Source of the DNA: Dehalococcoidia bacterium
Lineage (GTDB): Bacteria > Chloroflexota > Dehalococcoidia > Lucifugimonadales > UBA2985
Assembly: GCA_034422115.1 (NCBI GenBank)
Contig: DAOUJW010000017.1
Span: forward strand, 119,379-183,378
DNA length: 64,000 nucleotides
Reading direction: 5' to 3'
This document shows, one piece after another, positions 57,419-64,000 of the stretch (the stretch's first letter is position 1; each line of letters begins with the position of its first letter). Position numbers and translations under genes: made by a program. The notes beneath the pieces were generated by a model. It saw nothing but the letters and a program-made list of their open reading frames with translations. It did not search any database and had not been told where the DNA came from.

Positions 57419-58339
57419 TCAACCCACGAATAGTCCACTGGCTCCCGCGAGCCGCTCTTCCAAAAGCTGGGTGAGCTCCTGCTCTATTGTACCATCGATT
57501 CCTCCCTTTTCCCTAGACAGGGTTACCGCTCCAAGAGCCGTCCGGCAGTAGATGGGAAGCACGGCTGGCGCCCGGCTTTCCAGGGCGTCCAGGTGCTTTA
57601 TCACGGTGCTTACGTCGCCCCTCGACACGGGGCCGGTCAGGGCCGACGGGATGCCGCGAGTCTCGATGCTGTCCACGGTGCTCCTGAGAAGGGGCAGCAA
57701 CACCTCCTGGCCCTGCTCTCTCGTGTAGCCCATAGCCCGCCACAGCTCCGACGCCTGGGCCACCAGGGCGACGACTGCGCCGCACGCCAGAAAACCGGAC
57801 AGGTGGTAAAGCGCCCGGTCCTGCGGGTCGATCTCCACGGGCCAGCCGCCCAGCGCCCGGGCCATCTCCTTGAGCGCGTCAGCCAGTGGCGGCGGCCCCT
57901 CGACGGCGTAGGCGATGCCCGACAGGCTGGTTACATCAGCGGCCCCGGCTCCGGGGAAGGTCTGCATTGGGTGGAAGGAGCCGACCAGCGCGCCCTGCTC
58001 ACGGGCGGCCTCCAGGACTTCCGTGGTCTCCGCGCCGGAGCAGTGGGCCACCCACGTTCCCGCGCGCCACCGGAGGCTGCGCGCCACCGGCTCTATGGCG
58101 GCGTCCGGGGTTGTGATAAAGACCAGGTCACAGGCGTCTGCTACAAGCTGGGGGTCGGTACAGGAAGCGCATCCGTCAAGCCGCGAGGCCAGCGTATCGG
58201 CGGAGGACGGCGTGCGGCTGGAGACGGCCGCGATGTCGTAGCCCTGGGCGCGCAGCCCCAAGGCAAGGGCGGTGGCCGCACGGCCCGCGCCGATGAAGCC
58301 CAGCTTCAAGTCGCTACTGCTCACTGCTTTTCCTCCCAA
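57419..58339 (-). CDS. Rossmann-fold NAD(P)-binding protein with DUF2520-like C-terminal domain (candidate ketopantoate reductase)
   Basis: LGFIGAGRAATALALGL dinucleotide-binding motif. Directly upstream of panB-panC on the same strand. Start uncertain because it overlaps the 58314 ORF. Confidence 0.65.
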   Translation of the reverse strand: MGGKAVSSSDLKLGFIGAGRAATALALGLRAQGYDIAAVSSRTPSSADTLASRLDGCASCTDPQLVADACDLVFITTPDAAIEPVARSLRWRAGTWVAHCSGAETTEVLEAAREQGALVGSFHPMQTFPGAGAADVTSLSGIAYAVEGPPPLADALKEMARALGGWPVEIDPQDRALYHLSGFLACGAVVALVAQASELWRAMGYTREQGQEVLLPLLRSTVDSIETRGIPSALTGPVSRGDVSTVIKHLDALESRAPAVLPIYCRTALGAVTLSREKGGIDGTIEQELTQLLEERLAGASGLFVG

Positions 58340-58517
58340 GAAGGTAGCGAGCCGCCAGCATCGTCACGCCTCCGCCCAGCATTCCCAGGCCCGCCAGAGC
58401 CAGGGTAGGGGTGTCCTCGCCAACAAAGGAGGCCACGATAAGCCCAATGCCAAGCCCGGAGAAGGTCATTCCCCATGACAGCAGCCTTGGCGCAATGCTA
58501 TTGAACATCAGTGTCAA
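58314..58517 (-). CDS. Small hypothetical membrane protein (2 TM)
   Basis: 67 aa, two hydrophobic helices. Sits between the peptidase and the DUF2520 gene on the same strand. Confidence 0.45.
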   Translation of the reverse strand: MTLMFNSIAPRLLSWGMTFSGLGIGLIVASFVGEDTPTLALAGLGMLGGGVTMLAARYLLGRKSSEQ

Positions 58518-58523
58518 GTCCCT

Positions 58524-59516
58524 TCATTCCAGCTCCGCCAGCTCCCTGGCCGAGGGCACTCCGCCAAGGCCCTCCGCCATGAGCGCGCCTCTCACCAACG
58601 CCTGGGCTACGGCCTGTGTGGCTGCGGAGCAGAGCTGCCTCATGTCCACCTCCGCCTCGCTGCGGCCCGTAGCTACGCAGAACACCACGTCGCCGTCGGA
58701 CATCGTGTGGCAGGGGCGCACGGCCAGCGCCATGCCGTCGTGGCCCATCTGCGCCAGCTTGTTGGCCTGCTCCTTGTTCAGAGTGGCGTTTGTGGCAACC
58801 ACCGCAAGGGTGGTGTTGGTGGGCGCGGCCTGCGCCTCCAGCTTGCTCTTTGGATTGGCGAGTACGTCCGTTGTGCGGAGAAAGCCCCGGTTGTCCTCGT
58901 CCCTTGGGCCTGCGACAACGCGCCCCGTGTCCGGGTCTACAACGTCGCCGATGGCGTTGACCACCGCCAGCGCTCCCACGGTTATGTCTCCAAGGTCGAT
59001 GCTGGCGGTGCCGAGGCCACCCTTGGTGCAATGCTCCCTGCCCAGCACCTTGCCCACCGTCGCGCCTGTGCCAGCGCCTACGCTGCCCTCAGCCGGCGGG
59101 CCGTCGGTGGCGTTGAGGCAGGCCGCGTAGCCGTCGTCCGCGCCGGGGCGCACCTGGTGGGTGACCAGGCCCAGGTCAAAGATGACGGCGGCGGGCACTA
59201 TGGGCACTACGCCCGCGCCTATCTTGAAGCCGAAGTTTCTCTCCTCCAGGTAGCGCATGACGCCGGATGCGGCGTCCAGCCCGTAGGCGCTGCCCCCGGT
59301 TAGGAGCACGCCCTGCACCTGCTGAACCAGGTTGCCGGGGCGCATGAGGTCGGTCTCCCGTGTGCCGGGGGCGGAGCCGCGCACGTCAACGCCGGCAACG
59401 GCTCCCTCTGGGCAGAGGACGACGGTGCAGCCCGTAGCGGCCGCCCGGTTGGTGAAGTGGCCCACGGTAATGCCGTCCACGTCCGTGATGGCGTTATGCA
59501 CGACACCGCTCCACAA
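58524..59516 (-). CDS. P1/S58-family aminopeptidase (DmpA/BapA-like)
   Basis: NAITDVDGITVGHFT...GCTVVL...VRGSAPGTRETDLL-like N-terminus and GTNTTLAVVATNA self-processing-site region. Confidence 0.8.
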   Translation of the reverse strand: MWSGVVHNAITDVDGITVGHFTNRAAATGCTVVLCPEGAVAGVDVRGSAPGTRETDLMRPGNLVQQVQGVLLTGGSAYGLDAASGVMRYLEERNFGFKIGAGVVPIVPAAVIFDLGLVTHQVRPGADDGYAACLNATDGPPAEGSVGAGTGATVGKVLGREHCTKGGLGTASIDLGDITVGALAVVNAIGDVVDPDTGRVVAGPRDEDNRGFLRTTDVLANPKSKLEAQAAPTNTTLAVVATNATLNKEQANKLAQMGHDGMALAVRPCHTMSDGDVVFCVATGRSEAEVDMRQLCSAATQAVAQALVRGALMAEGLGGVPSARELAELE

Positions 59517-59550
59517 TAAAAAAGGCCTTCTCCCTCCTTGGAGAAGGCTT
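59517..59550 (-). terminator. Intrinsic terminator-like hairpin on the minus strand, immediately 5' of the peptidase start
   Basis: Minus strand reads AAGCCTTCTCC-AAGGAG-GGAGAAGGCTT followed by TTTTTTAT. Confidence 0.55.
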
Positions 59551-59756
59551 GTCGCGCGTCTCTGTCGTGCTGTCCTGCCGTCGTGGTCTCACGATCCCCG
59601 CGGCTCCCTGCTGAATATTCCGTTTACTCACCGCTCCACACGAAGTCGATGGTTGTTGAATTTTATCTACGGGAAAAGGGGTTTGTCAATGTCAGGTTGA
59701 TTCCTCATGAGCAATTATCTGCTTGACGCGCTTCCTTGGCTAGGCTATGGTAGGAA

Positions 59757-59866
59757 TTGTCACAGTCCGAGTCTGATTATACAACAACCTGTACGTGAGT
59801 TTATTGCAGGCGTGGCCCCGTGCCCCCTTGCTTCGGCTCACGTATAGGACTCGGCGACTGTGACAA
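59757..59866. other. Nested inverted repeats (structured RNA or MITE-like element)
   Basis: TTGTCACAGTCCGAGTC (59757-59773) pairs with GACTCGGCGACTGTGACAA (59848-59866). The inner pair is TACGTGAG (59792-59799) / CTCACGTA (59837-59844). CCCCCTTGC (59823-59831) is complementary to GCAAGGGGG (59884-59892). Confidence 0.4.
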
Positions 59867-59963
59867 GAAGCCAACGCCTAGCCGCAAGGGGGTTTCCTTA
59901 TGAGTACTCCCCGAATTCACAGCGGCCAGTACATTGGCCAGTAAATTCAGGAGGCTTAAGTAA

Positions 59964-60467
59964 ATGGCGACAACGAATCAAGGAGACTATGTTCCAGAAG
60001 AAGGGACACCGGAATCAGAGATAGTGATGGTGGAATATGTCAGAACCTATATCAACATCCACGGCGCTCTGCCCTCTTATCAACAGATGGTAAAGGAGGC
60101 GAAGGCAAGAGACGTGGCAATGGACTTATATGAGGCCATGAGAATCTGGAAGATAGCCGCAGATTCTCTTGGCTATGTCCCTCCTTCCCCCAATGACGAA
60201 TATCCTAGGTCAGGTACAGGCTATGAGCTCCGAAAGATCGGAGGCTGGGGAGTATTCGTTGCGATAGGAATAAGAATAATCCTCATACTTATGTCTCCGG
60301 GTATTTCCAGTATGATACTTGGCGATGTCCTCGTGGGAGTGGCTCTTTGTACCTGGACCCTCGGAGTCTATATGACCCCCACGACTAAACTCCATAGAGT
60401 AGTAGCTACGGGAATTACTCTATCGTCCATTCTGGGCTTGATATACATTCTAGTGTTCCTGGCATGA
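59964..60467 (+). CDS. Hypothetical membrane protein (AT-richer patch)
   Basis: 167-aa ORF with RBS CAGGAGGC 9 nt upstream. The C-terminal half has 3 predicted TM helices. Confidence 0.6.
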   Translation: MATTNQGDYVPEEGTPESEIVMVEYVRTYINIHGALPSYQQMVKEAKARDVAMDLYEAMRIWKIAADSLGYVPPSPNDEYPRSGTGYELRKIGGWGVFVAIGIRIILILMSPGISSMILGDVLVGVALCTWTLGVYMTPTTKLHRVVATGITLSSILGLIYILVFLA

Positions 60468-60562
60468 ATAGGAATTTAGAAGAAATTTGGATAATTCAAA
60501 CTGAGGCACTACCTAACTCTCAGTGCCCGGGCTATCGCAAGATAAGTCGTCAGGTTGCCACT

Positions 60563-60622
60563 CCCGTTCATCCCCGTATCAAGTACGGGGCAGGATCTGA
60601 GCCTGTCTAAGGGAGTGAACGG
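60563..60622. repeat. Hairpin repeat CCGTTCATCCCCGTATCAAGTACGGGGCA...TGAACGG
   Basis: Shares the core TCATCCCCGTATCAAGTACGGGGCA with 63363-63403. Confidence 0.75.
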
Positions 60623-60696
60623 ATGTTGCTACCAATTCTGAGGTGTTTATTTTGGGAGGAAAGACATCCGGGGAGAATCTAAAGATGCGGGTAGCT

Positions 60697-61110
60697 TTAC
60701 GGGCCAACGTCCTGTGGCGGAACGGGCGGGCCGTTGGCCAGCTGCTCAGCCTGGGCGTTGAAGTCGGCGGTCTCGCGGATGAGGCGTTCCGTGCCGGGCA
60801 TGGGGCAGATTTCGTGGTAGAAGCAATCGCCGTGGAGTCTGCCCTGCCTGAGATAGTAAATCTGCTCAAGCTCTCTGACCGAAGGGTCGGAGTCGGCTAT
60901 GACCCCCAGCCGGCGGCTGGCCTGGGTGGACGTCCCGGGCCTCTGCCCCGTGCGGGCAAGTACAAGGGCTTCCGTGGCGCGAAGGGTGGCGCACCAGGCT
61001 TTCTCGGCGGCGTCCCGGAGGTCTCCTGCGGCAAGTCGCTCAAGGGCGGCGTCGCTCATGGCCCTCGCGTCCGCGAATATGCGGGCGGCTTCTGCTTCAA
61101 CTGTGGTCAT
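60697..61110 (-). CDS. HEPN-like, PaREP1-type helical protein
   Basis: 137 aa. GDLRDAAEKAWCATLRATEALV and LHGDCFYH resemble the PaREP1/HEPN signature (GD...AAEK.W.A......A ... LH...FY). Confidence 0.55.
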   Translation of the reverse strand: MTTVEAEAARIFADARAMSDAALERLAAGDLRDAAEKAWCATLRATEALVLARTGQRPGTSTQASRRLGVIADSDPSVRELEQIYYLRQGRLHGDCFYHEICPMPGTERLIRETADFNAQAEQLANGPPVPPQDVGP

Positions 61111-61257
61111 TCACTTCTCTCTGTCGGGCACTACGGCGTACCAAGCTCAACTGAGTATAACATACTTGGTAGCCTGCGCACCTGTAGCAACCACGAGGTT
61201 TGTACCTAAGGTATGTCCTTTTGTCGTGCCCGTGAAGACGGGTATCAACATCCCCCG

Positions 61258-61393
61258 CCCCTGGATTCCGGCTCGGAGGCGGGAATGACGGTTGGCTGTT
61301 CCCGCTCATGGTGAGCCTCGTCGAACCAGAGCGGGGAGACAGAAGGTGCAGGATGAATCCGCTCACGCACTTCAACAGGCTCAGTGTGAGCGG
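61258..61393. repeat. Repeat cluster (GGATTCCGG...GGGAATGACGG hairpin plus both CCGCTCAY units)
   Basis: CCCTGGATTCCGGCTCGGAGGCGGGAATGACGG (61258-61291); CCGCTCATGGTGAGCCTCGTCGAACCAGAGCGG; CCGCTCACGCACTTCAACAGGCTCAGTGTGAGCGG (to 61393). Confidence 0.85.
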
Positions 61394-61419
61394 GTCTAAT
61401 GGCTGTTAGGCCCACGCGC

Positions 61420-62058
61420 CTACCGCAGCTCTGCGGTAAAGAACTCCGCCATCTGGCGGGCCAGCTCGCTCTCCAGGCTGGCCCATGTGTGGTCCGCGCC
61501 GGTGATCATACGGCACTCCACCCCCTGAGACGACACCGCAAGGCTGATCAGCTCGTCCGCCGGCGCCATGCGGTCAAGCTCACCCGCGACCAGCAGCTTT
61601 CCGCCCTTGAGCTTGCCCAGCCGCGCCCGTTTCATGGCCGCCACCGTCGGCGACACCACGGCAAGCGCTGCCTGGCCCCTGTGCTTGTTGAAGAAGTCCA
61701 GGGCCACCACCGCGCCAAAGGAAACGCCGGCCACGCCCACGCTGTTCTTCCTGACGCCAGGCCAATTCCTGAACGCGTCGAAGGCCGACTTGAGGTCGTT
61801 CTGCTCGCCTTTGCCTTGGTCGAATGTGCCCTCGCTGCCCCCGACGCCGCGGAAGTTGAAGCGGAAGGTGGCGATTCCGGCGTCGTCCAGCGACTGGCAG
61901 ACGGCGTGCATAACGTCGGAAGTCATGCTGCCGCCAAGCACGGGATGCGCGTGGCATACGACCACGCCCGGGCAGTCGCCACCGGCGCCTTGCGGGATGG
62001 TGACTATGCCCTCCAGGGTGAGCTTGCCGCTCCTGAAGCTGATGCTCTGCTGGCGCAT
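61420..62058 (-). CDS. Alpha/beta-fold hydrolase (small, single-domain)
   Basis: 212 aa. HPVLGGSM, FNFRGVGGSEG, nucleophile elbow GVSFGA. Confidence 0.75.
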   Translation of the reverse strand: MRQQSISFRSGKLTLEGIVTIPQGAGGDCPGVVVCHAHPVLGGSMTSDVMHAVCQSLDDAGIATFRFNFRGVGGSEGTFDQGKGEQNDLKSAFDAFRNWPGVRKNSVGVAGVSFGAVVALDFFNKHRGQAALAVVSPTVAAMKRARLGKLKGGKLLVAGELDRMAPADELISLAVSSQGVECRMITGADHTWASLESELARQMAEFFTAELR

Positions 62059-62060
62059 GG

Positions 62061-62720
62061 CTAGGCGGAAGCGGTGAGCCAGCGCTGGAAGAAGGCCGTC
62101 ACGTGCTCGCTAGCTTCCCGCTCCTGCCCTCCGAAGAAGTGGTCGGCTCCGGGGACTACGTGCATCTCCGGCGGCGTGGTGAGCCGCGCCTGCAGGTCGG
62201 CGAACTGCTCCGGGGGCATGAGCCTGTCCCGGTCGCCGATTACGAACTGGATGGGCAGCGACGGTATCCGGCTGAAGTCGTCCTCGTCATCGACCCTGGC
62301 GCGGCCAATCAGGGAGAGGGCCCTGGTCACGTCGCCCCTCTGGGCCGTCTTCATGGCCACGCCCGCGCCGAAGGAGTAGCCCACAAGGCCGACGGCGTCA
62401 GTCGCTATCGACTCCTGAGAGCCCGCGAACGCAAGGGCAGCTACAAGGTCATCCATCTCACCACGGCCTTCGTCATAAGCGCCCTGGCTCCTGCCCACGC
62501 CGCGAAAGTTGAAGCGCAGGGAGGCGATACCGGCGATGAAGAGGGAGTAGCAGACGCCCATGACCACGTTGTTGTTCATGTCCCCGCCCATCTGCGGGTG
62601 CGGATGGCACACCACCACCGCCGGGAAAGGCCCGTTGCCCTCCGGCAGGTGCAGAAAGCCGTCCAGGGTTCCGACAGGGCCCGGGATTTCCAGTTGCATT
62701 GAGGTCCTCCTTGCTCCCAT
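62061..62720 (-). CDS. Alpha/beta-fold hydrolase, tandem paralogue
   Basis: 219 aa. HPHPQMGGDM, FNFRGVGRSQG, GYSFGAG. Confidence 0.75.
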   Translation of the reverse strand: MGARRTSMQLEIPGPVGTLDGFLHLPEGNGPFPAVVVCHPHPQMGGDMNNNVVMGVCYSLFIAGIASLRFNFRGVGRSQGAYDEGRGEMDDLVAALAFAGSQESIATDAVGLVGYSFGAGVAMKTAQRGDVTRALSLIGRARVDDEDDFSRIPSLPIQFVIGDRDRLMPPEQFADLQARLTTPPEMHVVPGADHFFGGQEREASEHVTAFFQRWLTASA

Positions 62721-62724
62721 CTTT

Positions 62725-62806
62725 CCCCCATCCTAACCTTCCCCCGCGCACCGGGGGAAGGGATATTCTCTCCCACATCAAGGGGGAGAGTTAGAGAGGG
62801 GGTGAG
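62725..62806. repeat. Hairpin repeats (CCCCCATCCTAACCTTCCCCC...GGGGGAAGGG and CTCTCCC...GGGGGAGAG)
   Basis: The first unit is the inverted counterpart of 32697-32733. Confidence 0.7.
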
Positions 62807-62848
62807 ACAAAAGGTGCTGTTAGTGTCTTTACACTAAAGTGGGCAGGT

Positions 62849-63268
62849 CTACAGCCCCATTGCGGCGATGCCCACGCGGCACAGGTCCTCGTCCTCCTGG
62901 GCGGCCAGTCCGCTCACGCCGATTCCACCAAGGAATGCGCCGTCGCTGGGCCGCTGGATGACCACGCCGCCCTGGACCGCGGCCATGTTGGTGTCTCCGA
63001 AGTCGCTGACGCTGCGCCCGGTGCTTCTGAACCGCTCTGCCACGTCCACGGTGTCGCTGCGCATAACGGCGGCGGTGTAGGCCTTCTTGAAGGCGAGGGA
63101 CTGGGGCAGCAGGCGGCAGCGGTCCATCCGCGCAAAGGCCACCAGCCTGCCGTTAACGTCCACCACGGCCATTGCAATGGGCCTGTCCGGCTCCTTCATT
63201 GCCTCGTCCAGCATGGCCTGTATGGCCTTGCGCGCGTCCACCAGCCCGATGATTACCTCGTCGTACAT
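62849..63268 (-). CDS. GlcG/HbpS-family (DUF336) heme-binding-like protein
   Basis: 139 aa. VAVVDVNGRLVAFARMD and GGVVI...GGIGVSG. Confidence 0.8.
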   Translation of the reverse strand: MYDEVIIGLVDARKAIQAMLDEAMKEPDRPIAMAVVDVNGRLVAFARMDRCRLLPQSLAFKKAYTAAVMRSDTVDVAERFRSTGRSVSDFGDTNMAAVQGGVVIQRPSDGAFLGGIGVSGLAAQEDEDLCRVGIAAMGL

Positions 63269-63362
63269 GGATACCTCCTTGATATGCGGTCTGTGCTGCG
63301 TTGAGCGTCTTGATTATACCGCGTTGAGGGCAGTGTGTGTTGGCGTTAGCCGGACAGCACCG

Positions 63363-63403
63363 CCGCTCATCCCCGTATCAAGTACGGGGCAAGCTATGAG
63401 CGG
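63363..63403. repeat. Hairpin repeat CCGCTCATCCCCGTATCAAGTACGGGGCAAGCTATGAGCGG
   Basis: Same termini as the 827-918 family and the same core as 60563-60622. Confidence 0.8.
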
Positions 63404-63723
63404 GCATGATATGGCGCCCCCTGGGAGCATTGGCATTACCAACACGTATGGAGAATACCCCGGGTCCCACTTCGGGTTTCTCCGCTCAGTTCAAGGCCGC
63501 GCCCCGCCGGGGATTGGTGAATATGCGGTTAACATTCTGCGCTCTGCCCAGGCTCAGAAGGCGGTGTTCACCGAAAATACACAAAAATTGTCACCGAAAA
63601 TTTACTGCCATCGTGCGATGTTTCCTCTATAGTACCGGCTAGAGGTGCATGCAACATCTGGGCGGACTGACCCCTGCTCCCAAATCTTGTAAATCGAAGC
63701 GGACGGAGGATAGCTGATACGAA

Positions 63724-63849
63724 ATGAGAGTTAGAGTTCACAAGAGGACCGTTGGAATAGGGATGGTGGCTATCGCGGCGGCAATGCCGGCCCTGATAGC
63801 CACTATCTATTTGACTACGCCGACCAGGGCGCAGGCGCAGTCAAAATGA
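63724..63849 (+). CDS. Possible 41-aa small membrane or signal-peptide-like ORF
   Basis: RBS GGACGGAGGA. MRVRVHKRTVGIGMVAIAAAMPALIATIYLTTPTRAQAQSK. The stop overlaps the next ATG (ATGA). Confidence 0.3.
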   Translation: MRVRVHKRTVGIGMVAIAAAMPALIATIYLTTPTRAQAQSK

Positions 63850-64000
63850 CTCCAAGGCTACAAAAAGTCGCTGCAGGTTTGAAGAAGACCGTCGCAGGGT
63901 TATCTCCTACCAGCAAAGTGCTGCTAATCTCGCTATGGGCACCTTGCGCGTGGCTGCCATTCTTACTGCTGGACGGAGGGGCGGACGGGGGTATGGAAAG
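63846..64000 (+). CDS. Hypothetical ORF, 5' part only (runs off the window)
   Basis: Open frame MTPRLQKVAAGLKKTVAGLSPTSKVLLISLWAPCAWLPFLLLDGG... coupled to the preceding micro-ORF. Confidence 0.3.
   Translation, partial: MTPRLQKVAAGLKKTVAGLSPTSKVLLISLWAPCAWLPFLLLDGGADGGME

Noticed and set aside
59504-59640. 12-nt direct repeat CACCGCTCCACA flanking 113 nt (copies 125 nt apart), considered as a possible target-site duplication of an inserted element
   Set aside because: A rough estimate is about 6.4e4 positions times a ~200-nt neighbourhood, divided by 4^12. That predicts on the order of one such nearby 12-mer match by chance in this window. There are also no terminal inverted repeats.
63087-63632. 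181-aa plus-strand ORF
   Set aside because: It is antisense to the GlcG-like gene and then runs through a hairpin repeat and a promoter-like region.

Overview
GC-rich bacterial chromosomal segment. The codon usage, the TA-module load and the abundant 'MVSLSNHE/PFDRLRVSG'-type palindromic intergenic repeats suggest a Chloroflexota-like genome, but that is only a guess and no database search was possible. Calls rest on motifs I recognise in the translations and on reading the DNA directly. Most of the window is housekeeping: dnaK 3' end, a two-component system with htrA, hemL, larC, three crotonases and an acyl-CoA dehydrogenase, dnaE, a PyrR-attenuated pyrR-pyrB-pyrC-carA-carB operon, pgi, gnd, a Pho cluster (RR/HK, pstSCAB-phoU), tRNA-Gly(CCC), selD, cysK, trpA, aroH, the futalosine genes mqnE-A-C-D, surE and panBC. 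Between these lie toxin-antitoxin modules (hicBA, phd-vapC, and an orphan vapB with a vapC stump wedged between carA and carB) and a few AT-richer patches of unknown genes. Items worth a second look: (1) an AT-rich four-gene operon with two DUF488 paralogues and an uncharacterised Cys-containing 223-aa protein, my best candidate for an undescribed nucleic-acid-directed system; (2) three arrays of exactly 11-bp-phased TTAA direct repeats (Pho-box-like) that add an MBL-fold hydrolase and a small Cys-rich ORF to the local Pho regulon; (3) selD is a selenoprotein whose in-frame TGA truncates it in the ORF track; (4) a PyrB with a fused PyrI-type zinc domain; (5) sub-60-aa genes missed by the ORF track (a DUF5679-like zinc ribbon and a tandem pair of paralogous micro-ORFs); (6) several hairpin repeat families sharing CCGCTCAY...RTGAGCGG termini. 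No CRISPR array, rRNA, transposase or integrase was seen.
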